Positions 50,657-64,000 of a stretch of 64,000 nucleotides of DNA are shown here, piece by piece. The position numbers and the translations under genes were made by a program. The stretch comes from Octopus vulgaris. Taxonomy: Eukaryota. Under the pieces are notes generated by a model. It had not been told where the DNA came from, ran no database searches, and saw only the letters and a list, made by a program, of their open reading frames with translations. The first letter of the stretch is position 1, and each line of letters starts with the position of its first letter. The stretch spans positions 18,104,001-18,168,000 of the forward strand of contig OX597833.1 in NCBI GenBank assembly GCA_951406725.2, written 5' to 3'.

Positions 50657-51471
50657 TGAGTGTGTGTATGTGTTGGTGTGTCTGTGTTTGTCCCCCCAAC
50701 ATCGCTTGACAACCGATGCTGGTGTGTTTACGTCCCCGTAAATTAGGGGCTCGGCAAAAGACACCGATAGAATAAATATTAGGCTTAAAAAAAAAAGGGT
50801 TCTGGGGTCGATTTTTGCTCGACTAAAGGCGGTGCTCCAGCATGGCCGCAGTCACATGACTGAAACAAGTAAAAGAGAATAAAAGAGCAAATGTAATTTC
50901 CGTTTGATTGTGGAACAAATTTATGTCGTCAAGAGCGGCGATGATGTCGTCCATCTGGAATGAATAAAAATTGTTTGAAACATTAGCTGCTCACATTACA
51001 GCCTCATTCAGTCACATCACACCTACTCAAGGCAGTTGGCATCCAGCATTTCATAAACTGGTGGAACAGAAATCCCTTATTCAACGAGTCACTGGCAAAC
51101 ATGCATAACACATACATTTAGTATGTCCGGTCGATAAAGTTTACAATAGCAGCGCTGCTTTTTATTCGCGATTGAATTTAATCTTAAGTCTGCATGGTCG
51201 GAGCGCACCAGCAAATGGTTGTTACACTATTTGCATTCGGTCATAGACTGGCGATTCAATCCACCCCCGGCTCGTGATGTTGATAAGCCACAAGAATGGT
51301 GAAATATCGGTAGTCATCACTCCTGAATGGCATTGAAGTTAGTTGTCTCACCTGTCAATGCCTTTCAGGTGTTTTAACACCCAGTACTATGATGGAATCA
51401 TTCCCAGAGCGCTGTTCTCCAGCGAGCAAGCGAATAAGCAAATCACATATATTGAGCATGTGCGGTCGATA

Positions 51472-51515
<44 letters not shown>

Positions 51516-51730
51516 GTAATATGTGACAATTATTCGGTAGCCATGATAAAACTCCGAGTTTCGGATGCCGAGGTGGAAATCCACGCCGCCATCTCTTCAG
51601 TTATCCGGCCATCGGAAAAATGCTACGAAAAAAAAATAATAATTGTCTGATATTACATTTACAGATACATTCCTCTATTTTACATAATATCAAGGTCTCT
51701 TTCTTTCCTTTGTTATCTTACCATTTTTAT

Positions 51731-51790
<60 letters not shown>

Positions 51791-53712
51791 TATATCTTTA
51801 TGTATAAAAGTAAGGTTGTGTGTATGTCTCCTACGATTTAGATTCCTAACTACTCCCACATTTTGCGGTGCAGTTTAACCAAAACCGGGTGTCATATAGT
51901 CGTGATTCATATCGAACCCTTATGGGTATTAGCGCGCGTCTACGATGAGTCTACGATTTAAAAAAAAAATTACCATCATTTTTTCCCATTTTAATGTATT
52001 TTTCGCTATTATATAAGGGAAGTAACTCTCTAAAAATGTCTACGATGAGTCAACGATTAAAAAAAAAATTTACCATCGTTTTTTTTCCATTTTTAATGCA
52101 TTTTTTGCTATTTTTTGGCTATAACTCTCTAAAAATGCTTATATAGTTATTTCCCTTACAAACCCGAGCAACGCCGGGCGATACTGCTAGTGTATATATA
52201 TTGTATGTATGCATATATGTATGTATGTATTAATGTGGGTAGGAAGATATATGTTAATCTGCGGCTTAAAATGTATGTATATATATATTGCTTTATGTAC
52301 ATATCACTTATTTATATATTATTTAAATGTATATCTCCTTATAGATGCACATTCATATGAAAAATGTATCGTCTTTATTCACTGATAATGATGTGCAAAT
52401 AATGCCATGTAATTAAGTGTAAGCACACACACACATACACACAGACACTCACACACACACCATTATAATGAAGAATAGCACATCTTAAAATATGAAATGA
52501 TGGCGACTGGAAATCCCTTGATTAAATCTCTACTCTATTGATAAAAGCTAACAGGGAGTTAAACTAGAGCAGTTACAAAGACACATAATTTCGACATAAA
52601 AATACCGGACGTTTTATTGACCAAGATTCTGTGTTGTTCACCTTATACAAATAATCCAAATAATGTTTTCTGAATTTTAAAAATTTCATTTCATCTTTCA
52701 TTTTATTCCACAGAATACGGGCTCAGGGCTCAGCGGCTTTAGATTTGTGTGGTGTTGCTTGTGGCCAGGCCGATGCTTTTGTTGAATATGGAATTCACGT
52801 ATGGGACATCGCTGCTGGTATACTGATAGCAACCGAAGCCGGAGCCACCGTAATGGACCCAAATAATGGTTAGTATTTGAAAATAAGCAGACATTCACTC
52901 ACAGATTCATTGCAATACATGTTGACACACACATACGGTAAACCCGCCAGACAGAGAAGTCAAAGCTCTATCAAGGCGCAACCTACCGCCAGAAAAAAAA
53001 TAGAATGAATATATTGGAAAATGTAAGGCAACGAGTTAGCACAATTGCTACCAGAGTGTTTTCTCTGACTTTACTTTCTTGGGTGGAGGCGCGTAGCTTA
53101 GTGATTAGAGTGTCAGGACCATGATCCTAAGATTGTGGTTTCGATTCCTGGACCGGGCAATGCGTTGTGTCCTTGAGCAAAACACTTCATTTCACGTTGC
53201 TCCAGTCCACTCAGCTGGCAAAAGTGAGTAACGCTGATTTGGACTGGCGTCCCGTCCATCTGGGGAACACATACGCCATAGAAACCGGGAAACCGGGCCC
53301 ATGAGCTTGGCTAGGCTTTAAAAGGGCGCGTTTATTTATTTTTTACTTTCTTGGCTCAAATTCCACCGAGACTACCTTGCCTATCATCCTTTCAAGGTCG
53401 ATTAAATATGTACCAGTTGTGCACTGTGTTCGATGTAATTGACTGGCCTCTTTCCCTTAAACTTTCAGGCTTTGTGCCTATATTAATGAGGATTATTGAT
53501 AAGGCGGTGAGCTGGCAGAATCGTTAGCATGCCGGAGAAAAACGCTTAGCGGCATTTCTTCTGGCTTTACGTTCTGAGTTCAAATGAGGTCGATTTTGCC
53601 TTTCAAACTTTTCAGGGGTCGAGGAAATAAGTACCAGTTGAATGTAATCGATTTCCCTTCCCCTCAAAATTTCTGGCCTTCGCCAAAATTTATAAATGTA
53701 TTATCGTTATTA

Positions 53713-53759
<47 letters not shown>

Positions 53760-54309
53760 GTTATTATTATTGAGTGAGAGAGCAGTGCATGCCATCAAAG
53801 TGACACTGGGTAAAATATACGAAGCCCAGTATACCCATCATAACTACCCGTCTGATAAGGAACATGCATCACAACCACATGTGCGCGACATGGTAATCTC
53901 ATATCAAGATAAACAGCACATGACCTTGCAGGTGGGGCCCATCTAGAATTTATTTCAGGTCGAGTAGCCCATCCCGCTCAAAAGGTCCCTGAATAAGGGT
54001 TGCTTAAGTTTGTTGAACGAAACTTCCATGTTTCCAGAGGTGAATTATTCAAACCCCAAAGAATCCCTCTCAAAACATGACTATCATGCTCCCCTACTAC
54101 TTCTGCTCGTGATGCACATATCGTCGACCACTAATGGACATGCTCAACTGGTTAAGGTCAAACAACTGACAAGTAAATCTGTTGTATTGAGCAGAATATT
54201 TGCTGTAGCCCATCTTTTATACCAAGACAAAACAATATACATGATAACACTTCCAATCAGTTAAAGATCAGAAGCCACGTGAGCCATTGCCTGGTACGGC
54301 ATCAGGGCC

Positions 54310-54342
<33 letters not shown>

Positions 54343-54604
54343 GTTATTGTTGTTGTTAAGGCAACGAGCTGGCAGAATTGTCAGTACGCAGGACGAAATG
54401 TTTAGCGGTATTTCGCCCGTCGCTACGTTCTGAGTTCAAATTCCACCGAGGTCGATTTTACCTTTCATCCTTCCGGGGTTGATAAATTAAGTACCAGTAT
54501 AGTACTGGGGTGCATATAATCAACTTGCACCCATTCCCTCAATTGCTGGCCTTGTGCTATGATTTGAAGCCCTTATTTCAAGCTTTGTGCCTATAATAGA
54601 AAGG

Positions 54605-54666
<62 letters not shown>

Positions 54667-55356
54667 GGCGGCGTGCTGGCAGAATCGTTAGCACGCTGGA
54701 CAAAATTCTTGGTATTTCGCTCGTCGCTACGTTCTGAGTTCAAATTCGGGCGAAGTCAACTTTGCCCTTCATCCTTTCGGGGTAGATGAATTAAGTACCA
54801 GTTGCGTACTGGTGCCCGATCAAAAACTTTTGGGTCAACAAAAATAAGTACCAGTCAAACACTGGGGGCGATGTAATCGACTTGCACCCATTCCCACAAT
54901 CGCTGGCCTTGTGCTGTGATTTGAAACCCTTATTAGTTGGCGCTGGGCTGGCAGAATCATTACCGTGCCGGGCAAAATGCTTAGCAGCATTTCGTCCGTC
55001 CTTTCGTTCAGAGTTCAAATTCCGCCGGGGTCCGCTTTGCCTTTTATCCTTTCGGGGCCCATAAAATGAGTAGAAGTTGAACACTGGGATCAAGGTAATC
55101 GACTTAGCTTCTTCCCTAAAATTTCTGGCCTTGTGCTAAAATATGAAATCATTATTATTGTTGTTGAGGATGTTAACGTCCTGTTAAAATATGTACAACG
55201 TGTCAGATCTTTAACAATGTCGTTTTTTATTAAAACTATATTTACTCAGGAGGAAAACTGGATATGATGAATCGGCGTATTTTATGTGCTTCTTCCCGAA
55301 GTTTGGCCCATCAACTGAGAAGCCAAATTAAATCTCAAGAATTCATACCCGATTAA
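49332..55356 (+). other. IMPA1: Second copy of IMPA exons 5-8 (49332-49440, 50282-50387, 52714-52868, 55250-55356), probably an allelic/haplotig duplicate
   Basis: Exons appear identical to the first copy by eye. They lie within the 9.5 kb duplicate that starts exactly at the gap edge; exons 1-4 are absent. Confidence 0.85.
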
Positions 55357-57502
55357 CAATTTTCACCTTCCGTTCACAAATGAGCCCTTTTTTTTAGTGT
55401 TCCCTATTTTAGTGTTCAATTGTGAATGAAAGGCGAAAACTGTTCTTTTTTTTTTTTTTTTTTTCATTGGAAAAACAAATGTTAAAATATTATTGTTATT
55501 ATTGAAAAAAAATTACAAAATACAGAAAAAATATCAAAAATAAAGAAATCACTTAAAAAATTATAAAAATTTTCAAAATCAATAAAAGACATTGTCAATT
55601 TCTTCTCTCAATAAACAGTCATTGAAATCCACGCGAGTTATTTCTTCAGCTTACAATTTATAAGACACATACAAACGCATCTATATACCTACATGTACAT
55701 ATTGAGATTTTATAATCTATTATATAAAATCCGTTCTGTCTGTCTGTGTGTGTGTTTTCTAGGATCTCGGGCAACCTCCATCCGATTGCGTTCAAATTTG
55801 ATATGTAGAGAGCGACGGTATCAGGGTGACGGTATCAGTCTTGAAAAGGCGGCGAGCTGGCAGAAACGTTAGCACGCCGGGCGGAATGCTTAGCTGTATT
55901 TCGTCTGCCGTTAGGTTCTGAGTTCAAATTCCGCCGAGGTCGGCTTTGCCTTTCATCCTTTCGGGGTCGATTAAATAAGTACCAGTTACGCACTGGGGTC
56001 GATGTAATCGACTTAATACCTATGTCTATCCTTGTTTGTCCCCTCTGTGTTTAGCCCCTCGTGGGTAGTAAAGAAATAGGTATCTATCTTGAAAAAATTA
56101 CAAAAATCAACTCCAGGTGAGAATGCGATCGATAAAGCCGTGGGAACGTGCATTTGTAAAATCGTTTTTCTTGGAATAGAAAAAAAAATCTATCTTTATT
56201 TCTTCTTTTGCTGGTGTCTCAAATTTAGGTTAAGTCAGTGTTTCTCAAAGGGGAGGCCTACGGGACGGTCGGACAAGTTGCCTTTGCAAAAATTTGGTTT
56301 AAATGTTTGACAACTCAGCACCGTCCATTGAACGGGGAGCGTTTTGCTCATCTATTATATAAAATCCGTTCTGTCTGTCTGTCTGTGTGTCGTCTAGGAT
56401 CTCGGGCATTCTCCATTTGATTGCGCTCAAATTTGATATGTAGATACCGACGGTATCAGGGTGTGTATAAGTCTTGAAAAAAATTACAAAAATCGATTCC
56501 AGGTGAGAATGCGGTCAATAAAGCCGTAGGAACGTGCATTTGTAAACTCGTTTTTCTTGGAATAGAAAAAGTCTATCTTTATTTCTTCTTTTGCTGGTGT
56601 CTCAAATTTATGTTAAATCAGTGTTTCTCAAAGGTGAGGCCTATGGGACGGTCGGACAAGTTGTTTTGAGAAGATTTGGTTTAAATGTTTGACAACTCAG
56701 CACCGTCCATTGAACGGGATCGTTTTGCTCGTTAGACATATACATCAACCTAGAGGCATAAATATATAACACGCATATCTTTATATATAAAAGAGAAGTT
56801 GTGTGTCTGTCTCCTACGATTTAGATTCCTAACTACTCCCACATTTTGCGGTGCAGTTTAACCAAAATCGGGTATCTTATAGTCGTGATTCATATCGAGC
56901 CCTTCTGGGTATTAGCGCGCGTCTTCGGTGAGTCTACGATTTAAAAAAATAATTTACCATCATTTTTTTTCTATTTTAATGCATTTTTTCGCTATTATAT
57001 AAGGGAAGTAACTCTCTAAAAATGGTTATATAGTTATTTCCCTTACAAACCCGAGCAACGCCGGGCGATACTGCTAGTTCACATATAAACGTGATCATAG
57101 CAAATATATTCTTTTAGTCCTGCGATTTTTATTGTGACGGTATGCGGGTAGGAAGGTTTCAAATAAGTTAAACTATAAGGAGCCAGATTCGAAAATGTTT
57201 AGAAACAAACGAGATTATCTCCCCTGCTCAAGTGGATCTGCTCTGAATTATCATTTAGCAATTACGATACATCATCCAGAGGCGGAAATAATTTTAATAA
57301 ACCAAGAAATTATGTTGTACGGTATTCCATACACCTGTGATTGTCTAGGCTGTTTAAATGCATTTCACCGACTACTTTGAGTTGTTTGTCTTATTTCATT
57401 TTTGTTTAAATTAAAAAAGTAAAGTTGGCTGGGTACAAAGCCGTTAGTGAAAATCATGGAATTTTTTGTTTATCTCGGAGTGAGCTGCCTGAAAAGGAGG
57501 AT

Positions 57503-57565
<63 letters not shown>

Positions 57566-57716
57566 GAGGGAATAATTTTCCAAACTTATTTTGCTCATAT
57601 ACTTAATCATTGTTATATGTTTTATCTTATATTTAATCTTTCTATAATATGTAATTTTTCTAAATGGTATAATTTAATTTTTCATTATTGAATTGATAAA
57701 AGGTGTTTTTTTTCTA

Positions 57717-57768
<52 letters not shown>

Positions 57769-57775
57769 TTATATA

Positions 57776-57935
57776 CGAGGTCTGATCAATAAGTATCCGG
57801 ACTGTTGCTATTGTAACGAAGCTAAAACACGCAAAGTAAAACCGCTTGGCACATATTGATTTTGAACTCTGCAGTGATTGTGCACCAAGTTTTAACGTTC
57901 TAGCTCTCTGCCGCTGTTTACCATAGTATTGTGGC
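57776..57935. mobile_element. One end of a mariner-like element (truncated copy at 48155-48189)
   Basis: TA + cgaggtctgatcaataagtatccggact resembles a mariner TIR; partner TIR not found. Confidence 0.45.
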
Positions 57936-58076
57936 CTTCTTTTAGTATACGCAGGTTAAGATACTCCGATCGATCGATCGATCCATCCATCCATCCATCC
58001 ACTTGTGTACATGCACATATATACAGCATACGTATACGCATACAAACATACATTCAAATATATGTGTAAAATATAC

Positions 58077-58129
<53 letters not shown>

Positions 58130-58338
58130 TGTGTGTATGTATGTATGAATGTGTGTATATATATATAGGCACAGGAGTGGCTGTGTGGTAAGTAGGCTGC
58201 TTACCAACCATATGGTTCCGTGTTCATTCCCACTGCATGGCACCTTGAGCAAGTGTCTTCTACTATAGCCTCGGTCCGACCAAAGCCTTGTGAGTGGATT
58301 TGGTAGACGGAAACTGAAAGAAGCCTGTCGTATATATG

Positions 58339-58371
<33 letters not shown>

Positions 58372-58894
58372 ATATGTTTGTGTGTCTATGTTTGTTCCAT
58401 CATCGTTTGACAACCGATGCTGGTGTGTATACGTCCCCGTAACTTAGCGGTTCGGCAAAAGAGACAGATAGAATAAGTACTTGGCTTACAAATAATATGT
58501 CCTGGAGCCGACTTGCTCGACAAAAGGCAGTGCTCCAGCATGGCCACAGTGAAATGACTGAAACACGTAAAAGAGTAAAAGAGTATGATATACAGTAATG
58601 CAAAGTACGAAAACTTGTCATACAAAACTTGTATTCCTTTACAAAACTTTTTGATGTTTATATTCCTTTATAATTCTGCGACAAGTAATCAAGGATGTCA
58701 ATGTATTTCATTAAAATAAAATAAAATTCCTCCATCCAGTATTGACGATATTTAAGTTGACGATAAAATGCTATCAAGAATGGCGATAATGAATTTGAGG
58801 TTGACGTGGACGAGATTGAAGTTGATAATACAATGTATGCTCCCAGAATTTATACGAAGATTGACTGATTAGCAAGTCAGTGCTTATTGAAATA

Positions 58895-59430
58895 TTGGGT
58901 TGTCCGGAAAGTTTGAGCCGATTTTTAAAGGAAAGAAAAAGGTTAATAGATACTTGCCATTACATTTTTAATCAACCATTTTGTTGCACAATGCGTCTCC
59001 ATCTTTCCTTTAACTTGAAAATACCATCTTCCCAGAATTGAGGTTGTTTCATGGCAAAGAATTCATCAAGGTATCTTTTTACGTCATCCAAGGAATTGAA
59101 ATTTTTACCATTAAGACTATTCTGCAGAGACCTGAAGAAGTGGAAATCCGAAGGAGCAATATCTGGTGAATATGGACGGTGGGATAACACATCCCAGCCA
59201 AGCTGCAGCAATTTTTGTCTGGTTCCCAAAGCATCAAGTGCCGAAAATGAACTTTCTTATCTTCCATTTTAAAGGGTTACAGAATTAACACAGGTTATAG
59301 GAACATAAACCTTCTTCCACGAAAAGATAGCTTAAACTGTGCTCTAAATTGAGGTGTAGTGAAATCCTATTTTATGGACTCAAGCAAGGTAAGCTACTCT
59401 AAATCGGAACGAACTTTCCGGACAACCCAA
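58895..59430 (-). mobile_element. Internally deleted mariner element
   Basis: TA-flanked TIRs ttgggttgtccggaaagtt..ccgattt; N-terminal MEDKKVHFRHLMLWE joined to C-terminal GWDVLSHRPYSPDIAPSDFHFFRSLQN. Confidence 0.93.
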
Positions 59431-59479
59431 TACAATTCATTCCATGTAATAGAATCTACCGACACATTTTTGGGGGGCT

Positions 59480-59790
59480 TTATCTTGTACGTATCCTTAT
59501 TAAGAAGTTTAATGTGATGTTCCTCCGTAGTATGTGGGTTCTCGGTTCCCTACTAGGTGCGATTATGGGGCTTAGCTTAAGTGTAGCCTCATCGCTCCAA
59601 GCAAATTTTTGTTGGGAAATCTACATTTACTGCATATCATGCCAAGTACCACTCTTTGACCCGGATCAGCATCATTGAAGAATATGAAGCTTTCTTAGAA
59701 GGGAACAGCAAGTTTCATTCCATTTCTAGTACTCTTTCTTGCTTTATGAGGCTTTTTAGGGGTCAGGCGTTTTCTGAAACGTTTCTTGCG
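59480..59790 (-). pseudogene. Highly decayed Tc1/mariner-superfamily transposase fragment (possibly rosa/DD41D-like)
   Basis: Minus-strand peptides NDADPGQRV, WSDEATLKL and ENPHTTEEHH with frameshifts. Confidence 0.45.
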
Positions 59791-59798
59791 CGCATTCT

Positions 59799-60218
59799 TA
59801 TTTCTTATTTCTTTACTGCCCACAAGGGACTACACACGGAGGGGACAAACAAGGAGAGACAAACGGATTAAGTTGATTACATCGACCCCAGTATGCAACT
59901 GGTATTTAATTTATCGACCCCGAAAGGATGAAAGGTAATGTTGACCTCGACGGAATTTGAACTCAACGTAACGGCAGACGAAATACCTATTTCTTTACTA
60001 CCCATAAGGGGCTAAACACAGAGGAGGCAAACAAGGACAGACACACGGATTAAGTTGATTATATCGACCCCAGTGCGTAACTGGTACTTATTTAATCGAC
60101 CCCAAAAGGATGAAAGGCAAAGTCGACCTCGGCGGAATTTGAACTCAGAACGTAACGGCAGACGAAATACGGCTACGCATTTCGCCCGGCGTACTAACGT
60201 GTCTGCCAGATCGCCTCC
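59799..60218 (-). mobile_element. Same SINE family, internal dimer, 16-bp TSD
   Basis: TSD TTCTTG(C/T)GCGCATTCT at 59783-59798 and 60219-60234. Confidence 0.9.
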
Positions 60219-60586
60219 TTCTTGTGCGCATTCTGAACGGTTCCAACAAGTTCCAGAGAAAAAAAGCAGCTAATCTGTTTCTATGCTCAACGATTATCGT
60301 AGCTAAAGAAAAATGGAATTTCTAATTTGCATAGCGTAAGTGATAAACATTTGCATTTGATATCAAGGGCCTACGGTCGGGGATGTCAGTTCACATATGA
60401 ACTCTCATCAGGGGCGTCTACATCATTTTCACCGATTCCAACCAACCTGTTTATATTCTCAACAGTTACAGTAAGCTGCAGAACGGGATTCCAATAAAAT
60501 TCAAAAATCGAATATGGTTGTTCATCATTTTTTTCCAGTCTACGGAGAAATAGCTAAATTTTCTATTTCTATATTTTCTATATAAG

Positions 60587-60587
<1 letters not shown>

Positions 60588-60632
<45 letters not shown>

Positions 60633-60651
60633 ACACACACACACACACACA

Positions 60652-60682
<31 letters not shown>

Positions 60683-61779
60683 GATGTCTTACACACATAT
60701 ACATACATACATGCATACACACACACACACACATATATATATACATGCATACATACATACATACACACACATATATATGTATACATACATATATACACAC
60801 ACACACATATATATATATATATACATGTATACATACATACACACATACGCACACACATACATATACACATACATGCATACACACACACACACATATATAT
60901 ACATACATACATGCATGCATGCATACATACTCACATACATACATACATACATACATACATACATACATACATACATACATACATACATACATGATATCTT
61001 ACGTATTTATTCTTAATACGTCCCGGCCAATTCGAAGTGAATATGCTAATCGCTGCTGTCACAGAAGAACATCTCCATTGCGACGACTATCTGCTCAGAT
61101 CACACTCGACTCATTAGTACAAAGTGCTCTGGGACACCGATCTTTCGACACGTGTCTCGTCAACAAGAAGACCGACTCATCGACATGAACCGATGACTTT
61201 ATCTATAATTTCAGCGAACACCACGGATCAGTGAACAGTTTGCTGTCTGTACTAATCTCTGAACTAATCTTTTGCAATTATCTTTTTCAATTTTCTTGCT
61301 TGTAGATGTTACCATTTCTGTGGAAGCTTACAATCGATGCCTAGTTCGCGGGTTCAAATATAAATAACGCTGATACTCTTTATAGACTAGCCAAGTATCT
61401 GAAATGATTGTACTATTTACTAATACAGCAAATGTATTGTGGGATACTGTCTTGTTTTGAGAAGAGATCTCTAACCAATATATGTTTGAAGTGTTTATAA
61501 CATTCTTTCTTCACAGCATTTATGTAAGATATGCGTTCGTCAATATCTCAAATATCTTCAGCACTCGTTGTGAAGAATGGTAGAGCCACAGACCATTGAT
61601 GCAACATTTTTCGGTTTGGGATATCTGAACATTTCTTTTGGCCGAATTCCATTCCTATTTCGGTTAAGAATGTTCTTATTAAATCCAGCTGCTTAACAAA
61701 GTTTTAAATATTTATTTCTAGTATAGATCTTTACATTGCACGCAAACACTGTCTATCCATATGTCTACTTGTCTGTCTG

Positions 61780-61864
<85 letters not shown>

Positions 61865-61898
61865 TTACCTGTCTATTTATCTATTTGTTTAATCTGTC

Positions 61899-61958
<60 letters not shown>

Positions 61959-62052
61959 CACATATATATATATTTATATGCACACACAAATATGTATATA
62001 TATACATATACACATATATATACATATACATCCATATTCATATGTATACATA

Positions 62053-62092
<40 letters not shown>

Positions 62093-62244
62093 TATATACA
62101 TATACATATATATATATCCATATATAGGTGTATATATATATGTATATATATATGCATATATACATATATATACATATGTGTGTATATACATATATATACA
62201 TATATATATACATATATTTATATATATACATAAATGTATATGCA

Positions 62245-62303
<59 letters not shown>

Positions 62304-62320
62304 ATATGTATACACATACA

Positions 62321-62365
<45 letters not shown>

Positions 62366-62390
62366 TATATGTACATGTATGCGTGTATGC
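60588..62390. repeat. Compound microsatellite fields: (CA)n, (TACA)n, (TATC)n, (TC)n, (TA)n at 60588-60990 and 61770-62390
   Basis: Direct reading. Confidence 0.95.
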
Positions 62391-62719
62391 ATATATGTAC
62401 AGATGTGTTACCTCTTTAAATCTATTCGCGGCACATTTGTATGGCAATGACCCAACAGCGGAAACGAAGTTAATGAGCTTTAATAAGTTTAACTTTCTTT
62501 TATGATTTTTCTCTGTAAAAGAAATGTTTGTAAAGGAAAGTTATTGTCTGGAATGCAGAGAATGTCATAGTGAATAACAACGATGACTATACTAAAGATG
62601 ATAATGATGATAATGATGATAATGATGATAATGAGGATGAGGATAGTGATGATAATGAGGATTATCGTGAGGAGGATAATGTTGAAAGCGAGGATGATGT
62701 CGGTAATAATGGCTTCGGC

Positions 62720-64000
62720 TTTTGGTACGAAGCCAATAGTTTTTAGGAGAGGGAATAAAGTCAGTTACATCAGCCCCAGTGCGCAACTGGTACTCATTGT
62801 ATTGACACCGGAAGGGTGAAAAGCAAAATCGAACTCGGCGGAATTTGAACTCGAAATGTAATAAAAGCCGGAAGAAATGCCGGTATGTATTTCGTCCGAC
62901 TCGCTAACGCTTCTGTCAGCTCACCGCCTTGAATAACGGTTTCTGATTGTGGAGCTTTGCCAACAGCTTTTAGGAGAGGGAGTTAGCTAATTGCATCAGC
63001 CCCAGTGTTCAACTGGTACTTCTTTTGTCGACCCAGAATCGACGAAAGACAAAATCGACTTCAGTGAGATTTCAATTCTGAACGTAAAAAAAAAGCCGGA
63101 AGAAATGCCACTAAGTATTTTGTTCGACGCACTAGCGGTTCTTATTTCTTTATTGCCCACAAGGGGCTAAACACATAGGGAACAAACAAAGTCAGACAAA
63201 GGGGTTAGGTCGATTACATTGACCCCAATGCGTAACTGGTACTTAATTTATCGACCCCGAAAGGATGAAAGGCAAAAGCGACCTCGGCAGAATTTGAACC
63301 CAGAAATTAGCGGCAGACGAAATACCTATTTCTTTACTACCCACAAGAGGCTACACATAGAGGGGACAAACAAGGACAGACAAACGGATTAAGTCGACCT
63401 CAGCGGAATTTGAACTCAGAACGCAGCGGCAGACGAAATACCTATTTCTTTATTACCCACAAGGGGCTAAACACAGAGGGGACAAACAAGGACAGACATA
63501 GGTATTAAGTCGATTACATCGACCCCAGTGCGTAACTGGTACTTAATTTATCGACCCCGAAAGGATGAAAGGCAAAGTTGACCTCGGCGGAATTTGAACT
63601 CACAACGTAACGCAGACGAAATACCGCTAAGCATTTCGCCCGGCGTGCTAAAGTTTCTGCCAGCTCGCCGCCTTCAGTAACGGCCAATATTTCTGGCACA
63701 AGGCCAACAGTTTTTGGGGGTGAGTGTTTGTCAATTACTTAAACCTCAGTGTTCAGCTTGTACTTATTTTATCGACCTCGAAAGGATGAAAGGCTTAGTC
63801 GACCTCGGCGGAATTTGAACATTAAATATGAAGAGCCGGAAGAAATGTCAGTATGAACTTACTTCGATGCTCCAACGATTCTGCCAGCGTGCTGCCTTAT
63901 GCTAATTTATTCAAATTTTGGCACAAGGCTAGCAATTTTCTGGGAGGCGGTTAGTCGATTACACCAGCCCTAGTATACAACTGGTACATATTCTATCGAG
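62720..64000 (-). mobile_element. Cluster of the same SINE family including a multimer at about 63143-63673
   Basis: Reverse complement of the family consensus, repeated. Confidence 0.85.

Larger units (their letters stand above)
38642..57810 (+). repeat. Near-identical 9.5 kb direct duplication (38642-48189 and 48290-57810) across an assembly gap
   Basis: Sequence after the gap (tagaatcaatcaatc) restarts at 38642; sequence before the gap (tccggactgttgcta) recurs at 57810. Differences are microsatellite and homopolymer lengths plus a few SNPs. Confidence 0.97.

Noticed and set aside
60370-60415. Minus-strand CUGAUGA followed by hairpin AGUUCA-UAUG-UGAACU (similar partial motifs at 700-750, 22177-22220 and 34902-34923)
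   Set aside because: One of the core boxes or stem I is missing or mutated; possibly decayed relics but not supportable individually
60466-62450. Many 100-170 aa YI/CV/HT-rich ORFs (also around 38100-38580)
   Set aside because: Dinucleotide and tetranucleotide microsatellites lack stop codons; no protein signal

Overview
Eukaryotic, AT-rich and extremely repeat-dense genomic DNA. The SINE families and microsatellite load look like an octopus (cephalopod) genome, which is my inference. There is one intact protein-coding gene, missed by the ORF track because it is spliced: an 8-coding-exon myo-inositol monophosphatase (IMPA1/2-like) on the + strand at 31701/31782-45727. Its last four exons reappear at 49332-55356 inside a near-identical 9.5 kb duplicate separated by a 100-N gap, most likely an uncollapsed haplotype overlap. 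The rest is tRNA-derived SINEs (often internal tandem multimers), non-autonomous Helitrons, a DD37E (TRT-type) Tc1 relic, mariner relics, decayed CR1/RTE/RLE LINE fragments and microsatellites. The most notable hidden signal is a set of type I hammerhead-ribozyme folds in short, unrelated elements, most of them embedded in (TA)n tracts. One is fully canonical (6333-6429), two form a tandem pair 340 nt apart just upstream of the IMPA ATG, others lie in IMPA introns, and some sit in the arms of long palindromes. This pattern points to a microsatellite-associated Penelope-like/retrozyme system. All folds were read by eye and none was computed.
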